In this document: positions 1-9,611 of the stretch, piece by piece
Numbering within the stretch: the first letter of the stretch is position 1
How the letters are laid out: each line of letters opens with the position of its first letter
Source of the DNA: an uncultured Spirochaetota bacterium
GTDB lineage: Bacteria > Spirochaetota > UBA4802 > UBA5550
Assembly (NCBI GenBank): GCA_963827275.1
Contig: CAWHAA010000010.1
Span: 160,001-224,000, forward strand
DNA: 64,000 nucleotides
Direction of reading: 5' to 3'
The notes under the pieces: generated by a model
What the model saw: only the letters and a program-made list of their open reading frames with translations
Told to the model about the DNA's origin: nothing
Database searches by the model: none
Made by a program: the position numbers and the translations under genes

Positions 1-569
1 ACGACCTCGCGGAATGATTCCGGCGAACCGGTATAGTTTACCTTCACGATGTCTGCGCCAAGCTCCGCGCCCACGCGCGCGGCGTGCTTGACCACCTTGA
101 CGTCGTACTCGTTCTTGATCTTCGCGCCGCGCGTGTACATCATGGCCAGGAGCGGCATCCCCCACTCGCGGCAGGCCCGCGACACCATCCCCATCTTCGC
201 GAGCATGTCCGCCTCGGTGTTGGCGCCGATATTCACATGGATCGATACCGCGTCGGCGCCGAGGCGGACCGCCTCTTCGACCGAGCATACCAGCGTTTTC
301 GCGTTTGAATCCGGCGCGAGCACGGTGCTTGCGGACAGGTGAACGATCAGACCGATGTCTTTACCCCCGCTCCGGTGCCCGGTCTCGACTATCCCCTTGT
401 GCATGAGGATGGCGTTTGCCCCTCCATCCGCCACCTTGTTTATCGTCGAAGCCATGTCAATGAGTCCCGGTATGGGCCCCACGGTGACCCCGTGGTCCAT
501 CGGGACTATGATTGTTTTGCCCGTGTTCCTGTTGATGATCCTCTGGAGACGAATTTTTTTCCCAATCAT
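1..569 (-). CDS. Class I aldolase, DhnA/AroA' type (likely 2-amino-3,7-dideoxy-D-threo-hept-6-ulosonate synthase); runs off the window edge
   Basis: Not in the ORF track. Hand translation gives [32 protein letters not shown]...[12 protein letters not shown]...[20 protein letters not shown], with the PMDHG and GADIVK Schiff-base motifs. GAGGTG RBS upstream. Confidence 0.85.
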   Translation of the reverse strand, partial: MIGKKIRLQRIINRNTGKTIIVPMDHGVTVGPIPGLIDMASTINKVADGGANAILMHKGIVETGHRSGGKDIGLIVHLSASTVLAPDSNAKTLVCSVEEAVRLGADAVSIHVNIGANTEADMLAKMGMVSRACREWGMPLLAMMYTRGAKIKNEYDVKVVKHAARVGAELGADIVKVNYTGSPESFREV

Positions 570-828
570 GGTTGCACCTCTTGATGTCATTGTCCGTGCG
601 GGTCCGTCCCGGACCACAAAAAGAATTCTCGCGCCGGTGGGTTCAAACAGTCGATCGCCCTTCCGTACGGATCTTCACTGAAGATTAAGCAAGGATTAAT
701 AGACAATACTTTGAAATTAATCAGCAAAGTCAAGTAATTTGGAGCACACGGTAAAAATAATTGACTATTTTAAGAAAACGGGATCTACTATCTGCGATAA
801 TTATGTCATCTTTTTATGACGCAGACGG

Positions 829-1659
829 TTGGCCGGAGGAGACTCTACGGACATGAGTGAGATGGAAGAGCGGCAACAGCGGGCCGCATACGGCGACTAC
901 GCCGAACTCTGGAACTTCAATCTTCAGAAGATCGAGCAGATGTGCCATGCCGTTGAAACTTCGATACACCGGCTCGAAGGCAATTACGCCGGGTTTGAAG
1001 CGATGTATGCCGATATCATGCGGCAGCTCGACATGCTTTCCTCTGTATATGCCGCCTACAACACGATCGCCGGCGGCGAAGACGTGCTGCGCCTGAAGGC
1101 GGTGCTCAGGGACTACGCGTCGAAGTACACGCGCGAAGGCCTGGATTTCAATCTTGTCCATAACCTGCTTTTAAAAATCTCCGACGCGCGGAACGCCGCG
1201 TTCGAGGACTTTCCCGCCCTCCCGCACCATGAGCGAAACCGTCCGGAGCGTCAGCGCGTCAGCCGGCTGCCGGATTATTCCGGCCGTGCGCACCGATGGA
1301 TATCGTTCAGGAGGGGCCGTTCCTGGTTCCTCGCCGGTTTCGAGACCATGCGGGTATGCGAGAACGCCGGGTTTCCCCTGCTTTCGACCGAAGAGCCCGA
1401 CTACCTTTCCGTCGATATCGACGCGACCGTGTACCGGATAAAGGACCTCTTTATCAAATCCCTGGACAGCCCGGTCCTGCCGCGCCTGTACCTCCTGCTG
1501 GACGGGGGCCTCGTCAATTACGCGGCCGATGAAATCGGGAAGAGGATCTACGCGCGGCGCGACTTCATACACCCGGGCATCATTCCGTTCCGGAACATCC
1601 ACTCCCTCTCACCGGGGCGCGTCAGGCTTTTCGGAAAACAGCACATCGTCCTGTATTGA
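829..1659 (+). CDS. Hypothetical protein; helical N-terminus, possibly degenerate CheW-like C-terminus
   Basis: 276-aa ORF filling the gap between neighbours. True start may be 853 or 861-region, since GGAGGA lies at 835-840. Confidence 0.65.
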   Translation: MAGGDSTDMSEMEERQQRAAYGDYAELWNFNLQKIEQMCHAVETSIHRLEGNYAGFEAMYADIMRQLDMLSSVYAAYNTIAGGEDVLRLKAVLRDYASKYTREGLDFNLVHNLLLKISDARNAAFEDFPALPHHERNRPERQRVSRLPDYSGRAHRWISFRRGRSWFLAGFETMRVCENAGFPLLSTEEPDYLSVDIDATVYRIKDLFIKSLDSPVLPRLYLLLDGGLVNYAADEIGKRIYARRDFIHPGIIPFRNIHSLSPGRVRLFGKQHIVLY

Positions 1660-1668
1660 CGCGGGCCC

Positions 1669-2334
1669 TTAAAAGAAGCAGGAGAGCGCTATCAGGAGCT
1701 GGGCCGGCGCGTACACCGCCCAGACGATGACCGATTCCTGCCTGTGCGGCTTTATGAAGGTCAGATAGGCGAGCAGGAAGTCTGATACCACGAAGAGGAA
1801 TGCGCCGGTCATGATGAATATCTCCCTGGCGGTTATCATGAGGTTGATCTGCGATACCGCGAAAAACAGCATGGCGCAGAGGACCACCGCGTAGACAAGG
1901 ATGGGTGTTTTCATGCTGCCCGCCGAAGTTCTTATGCCGCGATAGAACAGGCAGAGCAGGAAGAGCAGGACAGCGGCCAGCGCAAGGTTCCACCAGCGGA
2001 ACACATAGGAGAGGGAAAAGGCGGCGATATACATCACGTGGGTAAGCATGAAGAACACGATCCCGTTCTTCATCAGGTTGACCTCGACGATCATCAGCAG
2101 GGTGTCGGCGACGAGGGAACAGAGTATCCCCGCGAGCACCAGCGCCCGGTACGAGGAGGCGCCTTCCTCCCCGATGGCAATCACGACAAACCCGGCGATG
2201 AGCCCGGTGACCATCGGCGTAAAAATGTATTTGAGGGTGAAACGTTCGCGGAAGGTCGCACATTCACGGACCGTGAAAACCGCCGCCAGCGCGATGAAAA
2301 GGGGTATGACGTATTCTGTCCTGAAGAGTTCCAA
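1669..2334 (-). CDS. YhhN-family lysoplasmalogenase-like membrane protein
   Basis: Multiple TM segments; motifs SLVADTLL, FFMLTHVMY, GAFLFVVSDFLLA, YAPAQLLIA. Confidence 0.85.
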   Translation of the reverse strand: MELFRTEYVIPLFIALAAVFTVRECATFRERFTLKYIFTPMVTGLIAGFVVIAIGEEGASSYRALVLAGILCSLVADTLLMIVEVNLMKNGIVFFMLTHVMYIAAFSLSYVFRWWNLALAAVLLFLLCLFYRGIRTSAGSMKTPILVYAVVLCAMLFFAVSQINLMITAREIFIMTGAFLFVVSDFLLAYLTFIKPHRQESVIVWAVYAPAQLLIALSCFF

Positions 2335-2341
2335 CGGGCCC

Positions 2342-2599
2342 CTATTTTTTCTCCTTGTCGTCCTTGCCCTTCTTCAAAATATCGGAGAATTCCTTCAATT
2401 CTTCCGGCCTGAACTTCGAGTCCATCGCCGCGATATTCTCCTTCCTGATCTCGTCGTAAATTTCCTTGCGGTGGACGGTGACACGCTTCGGAGCCCTGAT
2501 GCCCAGCTTGACCTGGTCGCCCTTTATGTCGATGACCACGATCTCTATATCGTCGCCGATCATGATGCTTTCATTCAGTCTTCGTGCCAGTACCAGCAT
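2342..2599 (-). CDS. csrA: Carbon storage regulator CsrA
   Basis: [20 protein letters not shown]...[19 protein letters not shown], plus the C-terminal extension typical of FliW-associated CsrA. Confidence 0.97.
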   Translation of the reverse strand: MLVLARRLNESIMIGDDIEIVVIDIKGDQVKLGIRAPKRVTVHRKEIYDEIRKENIAAMDSKFRPEELKEFSDILKKGKDDKEKK

Positions 2600-2603
2600 G
2601 CCA

Positions 2604-3059
2604 TTAGCCCTCGGCGGTCCTTTTCATCTCATCAAGGATCCTGTGCTTCACGCTGTACCTGTCGCTCAGGGATATCGCCTGACGTCCCAGCCGTTTTTCA
2701 GGATTGATGATTACCGGCCCCTGCAGATTGGCGGTCATCTCCGCAGGATTGCCCGGGATGGTCACGATCGCGAACACCAGGAGGTTCTCCGCCCCCTCGG
2801 CGCCCACCGCCTCGATGTCGTTCATTGACACGAAGAGCTCGTATTCGCGCATGAAATCAACGGGCCTGATTACAATGAACGCGAGGCCCGGCTCGTCATA
2901 CGCCTGGAGCCACTTCAGGGGTGACGTCTCGTCCTGGGTGTCGAGCAGGACAAACTTCTTTACGTAATCGAAACCGGGGATGCCGTCGGGGAACTCGATT
3001 ATCTGCTCTTCCCTGATCTCCAGCTCGCCGTATGGCCTGGTTTTTATTCTGATGCCCAA
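2604..3059 (-). CDS. fliW: Flagellar assembly factor FliW (CsrA antagonist)
   Basis: [11 protein letters not shown] and [11 protein letters not shown] motifs; directly upstream of csrA. Confidence 0.95.
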   Translation of the reverse strand: MGIRIKTRPYGELEIREEQIIEFPDGIPGFDYVKKFVLLDTQDETSPLKWLQAYDEPGLAFIVIRPVDFMREYELFVSMNDIEAVGAEGAENLLVFAIVTIPGNPAEMTANLQGPVIINPEKRLGRQAISLSDRYSVKHRILDEMKRTAEG

Positions 3060-3073
3060 CGATAATCTCCTTT

Positions 3074-3098
3074 AAAAACGGGCGGGAGTCACCCGCCC
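3074..3098 (-). terminator. Putative intrinsic terminator between flgL and fliW
   Basis: Minus strand GGGCGGG-TGACT-CCCGCCC-GTTTTT. Confidence 0.5.
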
Positions 3099-3151
3099 CC
3101 GCCAGTTGCAATCTACGTCATTTTCATGTTACCGCGCAACTACTTTTTATG

Positions 3152-4414
3152 CTACCTGAGGAAATCCATGAGCGTCGGCATTATCGACCGCGCGCCGACC
3201 GCGAGCGCGTACCGGTGCACGCTCTCGAGCCACTTGAAGTTCATGATGGTTTCCGCGTAATCGATCCCCTCGGTGTTGGCGAGCATGGTCGTGACGTTGC
3301 CCTTGTCGTACTCGGTGCGCTTCGCGAGCTCCTCGACCCGGTTCGTTTTCGCGCCGATGGCCGCGAGGTGCTTCAGTATGTTCTCAAGCCCCAGGTCGAT
3401 CAGGCCGAGGTCCCTGCCGCCGATGAGCTCCTGGTCGCCGCGGACCAGGTCGTCGCGGAGCTGGATCACCATCTCGAACACCGACATGCCGCCGATCGTC
3501 ACCGTGGGATCGATGTTGTTGGGCGGCTCCGGGAAGTTCGGGTTCAGCAGCCCCAGGTCCTTGAGCACCGTGCCGCTCCCGGCGTCCTCAAGCCACATCT
3601 GGTGCGGGGTCGTTGTTTCCATGATCAGGTTGTTCCTCCCGCCCTTCGAGGCGCGGATGCTCAGCCCGGCGTTATTCAGCTTATCCACGATGATGTCGAT
3701 GTTGTCGCCCGCGGAGATGTTGATCTCGCGGCCGTCTATACGTATCGTCTGGTTGGTGGGGGCCGTGTAGGCTGAAACGTCCCTGTTCGAGGTGAGCACC
3801 TGGTTCGTCGCCCAGAAGACCTCGTTCCCGGGAACGCCGACGTCCATGTATTCGCCCTTCGCGACCTCGCGCTTGAATTTCCCGATGTTGCCGCGGTACT
3901 CGACGCCGATCATGGCGTCGCCCTGGTTCCCGGCGGTGAGGGTCTGGTAGATCGGCACCCACGGGTTCGGCTGTTCCTCGGTCCCGGTCTGGTGGCCGCC
4001 AAACACCGACCTGCCGGTCGCGCCCTTGGTATTGGCGATGGCGACCAGCTCGTCCAGGAGCTGGTTGACCTCGGTGGCCGCCGCCTCTTTCAGCTCGAAG
4101 GAGGTGTAAATGCCGTTGGCGCCCTGCACGGTGAGGACGCGTATCCGCTGAAATATGCGGAGCGTCGACTGGAGGGCGGTGTCAACCTCGTCGAGCCTCG
4201 ACTTGCTCTCGTTGAGGTTGCTTATGAACTGCTCTATCTCGGTAAGCCGCGTATGGTACAGCATCTGGTTGGTCGCGGCGATCGGGTTGTCGCGGGGCAC
4301 GTTCACGTTCTTCCCCGTGGCGAGCGAGTTCTGTATGCGGTCCATCTCGACCTGATGGCGCTGAAGGTTATAGCTCATCGTGTTGTTGATCATCTGGTTG
4401 GTTATGCGGTTCAT
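3152..4414 (-). CDS. flgL: Flagellar hook-associated protein 3
   Basis: Flagellin-like N-terminus (MNRITNQM...LATGK...DNP) and C-terminus (DYAETI...PTLMDFLR); follows flgK. Confidence 0.95.
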   Translation of the reverse strand: MNRITNQMINNTMSYNLQRHQVEMDRIQNSLATGKNVNVPRDNPIAATNQMLYHTRLTEIEQFISNLNESKSRLDEVDTALQSTLRIFQRIRVLTVQGANGIYTSFELKEAAATEVNQLLDELVAIANTKGATGRSVFGGHQTGTEEQPNPWVPIYQTLTAGNQGDAMIGVEYRGNIGKFKREVAKGEYMDVGVPGNEVFWATNQVLTSNRDVSAYTAPTNQTIRIDGREINISAGDNIDIIVDKLNNAGLSIRASKGGRNNLIMETTTPHQMWLEDAGSGTVLKDLGLLNPNFPEPPNNIDPTVTIGGMSVFEMVIQLRDDLVRGDQELIGGRDLGLIDLGLENILKHLAAIGAKTNRVEELAKRTEYDKGNVTTMLANTEGIDYAETIMNFKWLESVHRYALAVGARSIMPTLMDFLR

Positions 4415-4417
4415 ACC

Positions 4418-6325
4418 TTATACCCCCATCCTGTTGATAATGGTATCCAGCATCTCGTTCATGGTGTTTATGACGCGCGCTGCGGCGTTGTAGCCGTGCT
4501 GGAAGGCGACCATGTTCGACATCTCCTCGTCGAGGTTTACCCCCGAGATGGACTCGCGGAGATTGGCCAGGTTCTTGAGAAGGGTCTCCTGGTTCTTCAC
4601 GCGGTCCTTCGCCTCCTCTCCCTGCGTTCCCGTGCGGGAGATGACGGCCGTGTAGAATTCGTTGAACGTGTTGTTGGTGTCCACCATGGCGTGCTGGTGC
4701 CGTATGTGCGCGACCCGGAGCGCGTTGCTGCCATCGCCGATCCCGTTCGTCGTATTGACATCGCCCGTCCCGCCAACATCCTTGCCGCGGGCCGCGGCGA
4801 TCCGGTCTACATCCTGCATGATGCTGTCAGACACGGCCATGTGCGAGGCGGGGTTGAATTTCGGGGCGATGGTGATATGCTCCCTGCCCGGGAGGAACCG
4901 GATGATGTCGTTGGTCCGCCGGTAATCGAACGCCCCCTGGGGCCCGCTCTGCTTCAGTATCCCGGTAAGCCCGACCAGGAACTGCCCGGAATCCTCGAGG
5001 TGCCGTATCATGAAATTCTTCCTGTCCATGTCCTCGGCCGTGGTCCCCTTGATGGCCAGCTGGCCGTTATGGTTGATATAGGCGACAACGCCCATTTTGG
5101 CGTCGTTGATCTTCTTTATGATTGTGAGCGCCGTGTCTGAAATGTTGTAGTCGATCTGGACGTTCGATTCGAGCGCCGTGTTCGCCACGAAGGAGAGGGT
5201 CCCGCTGATCCCGATCGCCGCGGACGCGTCGATCTTGTTGTTCCCCGAGACCTTGAAGATGGCGGTCACGTCGTTCACGCCGTCGTTGTTCAGGTCAAAA
5301 TTGCCGTCGACATTGTCGCTGATCATGAGGTGCTTGAAAAAGTCTACATTGGTCTCGTTCCGCCTGCTGAACCCGTCCCGGTGCACTTCGTTGGTCAGGT
5401 CCGACAGGTTGATCGCGAACGAGTTCATGTCGTTGATGTTCTGCCGTATCACCTTGTCCCTGATGTCGAAGAGGCTCGCGAGCTCGCCGTTGCGGACATC
5501 AACGTCCCTCCCCGTGTCTTTCCATACCACCTTGAAGAGCCCGTCATTTTCAGTGTCCATCTCGGCCGCGAGCGGATGTATTATTTCGCCCTGGACCAGG
5601 TTTTCACCGCTGATGTACACGATGATCTCGTCCTTGTCGCTGCGGCCCACGCTTATGTTGACCAGTTCGGACATCTTCTCGATCAGCGCATCGCGCCGGT
5701 CTTTCAGGTCGTTCGGATTGTCGCCGAGCGCCTCCGCCTTGAGGATCCGCTCGTTCAGGTCGCGGACGTCCTTCGCGTACATGTTGATCTGGTTGACGCG
5801 GTGCTCGATCTGCCTGTTGGCGTTCATCTTCAGTTCGTAGAGCTGCCGGTAGGTGTAGTTGACCTCGTGCGCGAGGTTCACCGCCTTCTCCTTCACCACC
5901 TCGCGGGTCGACCGCTCCTCGGGGTATTTCGAGAGCTCTTCCCATGATTTCCACAGCTCGTCGAGACGGGTCCTCAGCGACTGGTCGGACGGCTCGTTGT
6001 ACACCGTCTCGACCTGGTAGATGAACTCGTTCCGCACCTTCCAGTACCCGGCGCTGTTTTTTTCTACGATGATCCGGTCGTCGATGAAGCTGTCCCGTAT
6101 CCGCTCAACGGACTGGACCACGGAGCCCTGGCCGATGTTGCCGGGGGTGTTCGACCTGTTCAGGGCCGGCACGTAGAGGGGATCGGCCGCCGTGATGACA
6201 ACGCGCTGGCGCGAGTACTCTTTATTTTCAGCGTTCGATATATTGTGTCCCGTGACATGGAGAGCCTGCTGGTGCGACATCAGGCCTTTTTTGCCGATTT
6301 CAAGACCCATAAATGTGGAGTTCAT
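4418..6325 (-). CDS. flgK: Flagellar hook-associated protein 1
   Basis: TGHNISNA...YSRQ N-terminus and SGVNLDEEM...FQHGYNAAARVI C-terminus. Confidence 0.97.
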   Translation of the reverse strand: MNSTFMGLEIGKKGLMSHQQALHVTGHNISNAENKEYSRQRVVITAADPLYVPALNRSNTPGNIGQGSVVQSVERIRDSFIDDRIIVEKNSAGYWKVRNEFIYQVETVYNEPSDQSLRTRLDELWKSWEELSKYPEERSTREVVKEKAVNLAHEVNYTYRQLYELKMNANRQIEHRVNQINMYAKDVRDLNERILKAEALGDNPNDLKDRRDALIEKMSELVNISVGRSDKDEIIVYISGENLVQGEIIHPLAAEMDTENDGLFKVVWKDTGRDVDVRNGELASLFDIRDKVIRQNINDMNSFAINLSDLTNEVHRDGFSRRNETNVDFFKHLMISDNVDGNFDLNNDGVNDVTAIFKVSGNNKIDASAAIGISGTLSFVANTALESNVQIDYNISDTALTIIKKINDAKMGVVAYINHNGQLAIKGTTAEDMDRKNFMIRHLEDSGQFLVGLTGILKQSGPQGAFDYRRTNDIIRFLPGREHITIAPKFNPASHMAVSDSIMQDVDRIAAARGKDVGGTGDVNTTNGIGDGSNALRVAHIRHQHAMVDTNNTFNEFYTAVISRTGTQGEEAKDRVKNQETLLKNLANLRESISGVNLDEEMSNMVAFQHGYNAAARVINTMNEMLDTIINRMGV

Positions 6326-6336
6326 AACCCTTCTCC

Positions 6337-6838
6337 CTATGCCTTTTTATTGAAGAGTATCGAATTTCTCAGGTTCTCTTCACCCCTGCCGTCGCGCCCG
6401 TACCCGGTGTCAGGCGACCCGGCGCGACGCAGCCCTGCCAGCATTATATTGTAAAATTCCATATTGTCCCTGATGAGCGACTGGTTGGTTTCCTGGAGGC
6501 GGCGCAGCCGCGACATGATCTCTTTCAGGCCCCTGCCGAGGAGGCGGACCTGCTCATTTTCCGGCGCCTCAATCCGGCCTGCGATCTCCCCGAGCGAGAC
6601 GCCCTGGTGCCCGATATGCCGTACCTTCTTGAATGCATCGACCCGCTTCATGCGGTCATTTTCGAGGGCCATGATGTCCCGATATGAGCTCTTCCTGCTC
6701 GCGTGAAAGCTTTTCAAGCAGCGACCCGTTGTGCTCTATGATGGCGCTGGTTTTGTTCCTTTCAAGTGAATAGAGTCTTTCAAATAAGCCCGCTTCTTCC
6801 TTCAAAATACTCTTAATGTGACCTATGTGCCCGTCCAT
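6337..6838 (-). pseudogene. flgN: FlgN flagellar export chaperone, frameshifted by +1 G (real or sequencing error)
   Basis: ORFs 6656..6838 and 6337..6717 join into one FlgN-like protein (...EQEELIS/DIMALENDR...LQETNQSLIRDN...GYGRDG) if one G is removed from TCGGGAC at 6678-6680. Position upstream of flgK fits. Confidence 0.8.
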
Positions 6839-6885
6839 GGCGCGTTTCTCCGTACGACATAATATGAGGGACCTTATCTTTCATA

Positions 6886-6913
6886 TAATCGGTAATAATC
6901 GCTGATTTTATGA
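6886..6913 (-). promoter_or_regulatory. Possible sigma-28 (FliA) promoter for the flgN operon
   Basis: ACCGATTA -10-like box; TAAA lies 13 nt and TCAT 16 nt upstream, so the spacing is imperfect. Confidence 0.35.
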
Positions 6914-7174
6914 GGATTAATTGTTGGTATCTGAAAAAACAGATCTAATTCAACCTGGCATAAAGAAATTATCACTTTATATCAGCCCTTCCCCGCGAGC
7001 GATGCCGCCCCACCCCCTTGCCAGCCGAGTGCTTTTCGGACGTCAACGCTCGACATGGACCAGCAGTTCTTGTACACCCCCCCGACCCCCGAAGGGGGCG
7101 CGCGACATAGAGCATTCTTTCGACACAAATCCGGAGCACTGCCCGGACTACTGTATATATCCCTTAAAAGATTC

Positions 7175-7236
7175 GGGGGCTGAGACATGGATGTCGAAGT
7201 CCCGGCGCGCGGCAGGATGCCGCGAAAAACGCCGGG
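7175..7236 (+). ncRNA. Paired GGA-loop hairpins (candidate CsrA-binding element or REP-like repeat)
   Basis: GACA-TGGA-TGTC at 7184-7195 and CGCGGCA-GGA-TGCCGCG at 7208-7224. Confidence 0.4.
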
Positions 7237-7344
7237 AGAATACCCACCTGCTCCATGCCGGATATTTCATAATAAAGAAGAGGCCGTAATGCTTGATTTC
7301 TCTCAATAATTACCGAAAATTTCTTGCTATTTGGATAAACCGCT

Positions 7345-7588
7345 GTTGTACTAATCACGGGTAGGCATTCTTTTCGAGTTTTCAAAAATTTTTATTAATT
7401 TTCACGCCGCGCGCGACCCTTCGACAGGCTCAGGACAAGAATTTTAAGCCTCTGCCCAGTGCTTTTTCTGCTGGAGGGGCCTTAATTTGAGAGGGAGTAA
7501 TTGCCAATGCTTCGACAGGCTCAGCACAAGTAAAATGCATTCAGTCGCATGAGCCGCAACCTACGAGGGTGAATTTTCCTATGTATTG
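7345..7588 (-). repeat. Dispersed repeat family, long copy 1
   Basis: 7442-7588 is near-identical to 9862-10008. 7345-7481 aligns in reverse complement to 36290-36426. Contains two CTTCGACAGGCTCAG motifs. Confidence 0.85.
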
Positions 7589-8155
7589 ATCGTCGATTCA
7601 AATGCGGCGAAGAATAGTCTCTTCGGCTATCGTTTCACCGCGGGATACGAGCAATACGTATTCAAGGAGCCTGAAACGTGAACCAGCAGCGACCCGACGC
7701 ACCGGTTCAGCATGTCGCATGCGTTTGGTTTCGGTTTTGCCAGGACGGAGATGGTGCGTTTCTGGATAGGCCCCCGCGTGGGGCTCCATTACCTGTACAA
7801 ATCCGAATCGCGCAATGCATACAGCATATTACCCACGTTTACCGAAATACTGATTATCCCCTATAAGGTTAAAATCGATATCGATGCTATCGGCCTGGAT
7901 TTGCTGCTGGCCATCGGCCTGAACCTGAACATCGAAAAATACTTGACGCTCTTTTTTGACGTCGGGTTCGGATACATGGGCAATTATAATCTCAATACGC
8001 CGCAGACAGGGCATGCCTTCGGACTTGACTGCAAGGCAGGATTTATGATTCTAATGACGCCTATTCTCCTGAAAATGTACCGGGAAAAGAGGGGGTTTAA
8101 GACAGGCCCGGAATGGCGGGGGTCAGTCCGAATATCCCCCGCCGCCATTCCATAA
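7589..8155 (+). pseudogene. 5'-truncated outer-membrane beta-barrel-like gene remnant with in-frame TGA
   Basis: The 7712 ORF frame extends upstream as IVDSNAAKNSLFGYRFTAGYEQYVFKEPET*TSSDPTHRFS (TGA at 7679-7681) up to the repeat edge. Alternating beta-strand pattern; no signal peptide remains. Confidence 0.6.
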
Positions 8156-8164
8156 CCTCCTCTA

Positions 8165-9199
8165 TCAACGCCTGATGAAAACAATCGCCGCGGCGCACGT
8201 CACAAGCGCCGCCACCATCGCCATCATGAAGCGAATGAAGCCCCGTCTCAAAAATACGATTGATGAATAATTCGACACAACCGAGGAAGCCCGGGCGCTG
8301 TTCGTTATGTAAACCGGTTCGATCAATGCGATAATCTCCTCCGCCATCGCCTTTTTCCAGGCGGCCCCGATCTCTGCCCTGGCTACCCCTGGATTGCCGC
8401 TGTAGGTGTAACGGGTTTTTTTCTGGTCAAATAATTTCCCGGCCGTAACGACAATCCTGAACCCCTCTTCGAGAGGGAGGCCCAGCGCATCCAGCAATAT
8501 GCCGGACCCGGGGATTTTTCGTGCAATCCTTTCCAGTATGCGCGCGGTCCTGATTATTCCATCATTGAGATGGATCCTGGAAGAATCGCATTTCCGGTAC
8601 GAGCCGTCTACCATGCCGGGGACGGTATCGAGCATGACCGATGTTTCCCAGCCGCCCGCGTGCTCGAGATCGGTGAGTCCCTGCTTTTCCGCCGGTGACA
8701 GCTTTCTTCCGAGCTTCGCTTCAAGCAGGGGAAACTTTTTCCCGAAAATCAAGTCCTGGAACACCCGCACCGCCGGCGAGGTCATCATCATCCCGTATCT
8801 CCTGTTGCATGTCCTGCATGCATCGTCCAATGCAAGATTGTGCCCCATCCCGCCGTGAGCGGTGGTCAACACCAGGTTTCTAAAACCATACCGGGCGAGG
8901 GAACGCCCGTATTCGGTAAGGGCGCGGTACACCGTCCCCCGCGAGAACTCTATGCTCCCCGGGAGGGGCAGTTCCTCGGTGCCGATATTCAGAAGCGGCA
9001 GCAGCACCACCTTCCAGTCCGGATTTTTACGCGCAAACATCGCGCCCGTCACTTCCGCAAGTATAATGGCCTCCACCATGTCCGTGTCATTGGTAAGATG
9101 GTAGCCATGCACTTCCAGCGGGCCCACAGGCAGGACAAAAAGAGTCTTTTCCCTGTTGAGCGCATCGAAGTCCGCAAGTTTACTATGGGCCGCCGCCAT
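8165..9199 (-). CDS. Creatininase family protein with C-terminal TM helix
   Basis: LPVGPLEVHGYHL..DTD, TAHGGMGH and EHAGGWETS metal-binding motifs. Confidence 0.85.
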   Translation of the reverse strand: MAAAHSKLADFDALNREKTLFVLPVGPLEVHGYHLTNDTDMVEAIILAEVTGAMFARKNPDWKVVLLPLLNIGTEELPLPGSIEFSRGTVYRALTEYGRSLARYGFRNLVLTTAHGGMGHNLALDDACRTCNRRYGMMMTSPAVRVFQDLIFGKKFPLLEAKLGRKLSPAEKQGLTDLEHAGGWETSVMLDTVPGMVDGSYRKCDSSRIHLNDGIIRTARILERIARKIPGSGILLDALGLPLEEGFRIVVTAGKLFDQKKTRYTYSGNPGVARAEIGAAWKKAMAEEIIALIEPVYITNSARASSVVSNYSSIVFLRRGFIRFMMAMVAALVTCAAAIVFIRR

Positions 9200-9611
9200 G
9201 ATATTGGCGGGTTTTCGTGCGGCGGCTTTTGTCTTTGTTGTTTTAATGGCATTTCTCCTGTATATTAAATAGACGTATTATAAAAATTCAATAATCTATG
9301 AACCCGCCGCCCGCCAACTTCGGCGGAGGTCGGGATAACATGAATAATCATGAGTGGTTATGCTGCAATCATAATGTAAAATTATCGGGATTGAATACCG
9401 AAACTGCCGGCTTGTCAAGAATTTTTAGTCGTGGAGCAATATGTTTGCTATCAATTCAAGGATCTCTTCGCTCGCGATGACAAATAATTATTTTCAAACG
9501 CATATTTTGGCAGATCCCAGTCAAAATATTCTTGTTTTCCTGCGCCGGTTATATCATTCTTGCGGGAGAGTGATGCGGCACTGACCTGACGGCATATCAA
9601 GTACTATTGTC

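Noticed and set aside
6921..7289. 122-aa ORF upstream of the flagellar operon
   Set aside because: No motifs or typical codon pattern; it overlaps repeat and hairpin sequence and is probably non-coding.
7679..7681. In-frame TGA in the barrel remnant as a second selenocysteine codon
   Set aside because: No Cys or redox motif context, and the gene is already 5'-truncated; simple decay is more likely.
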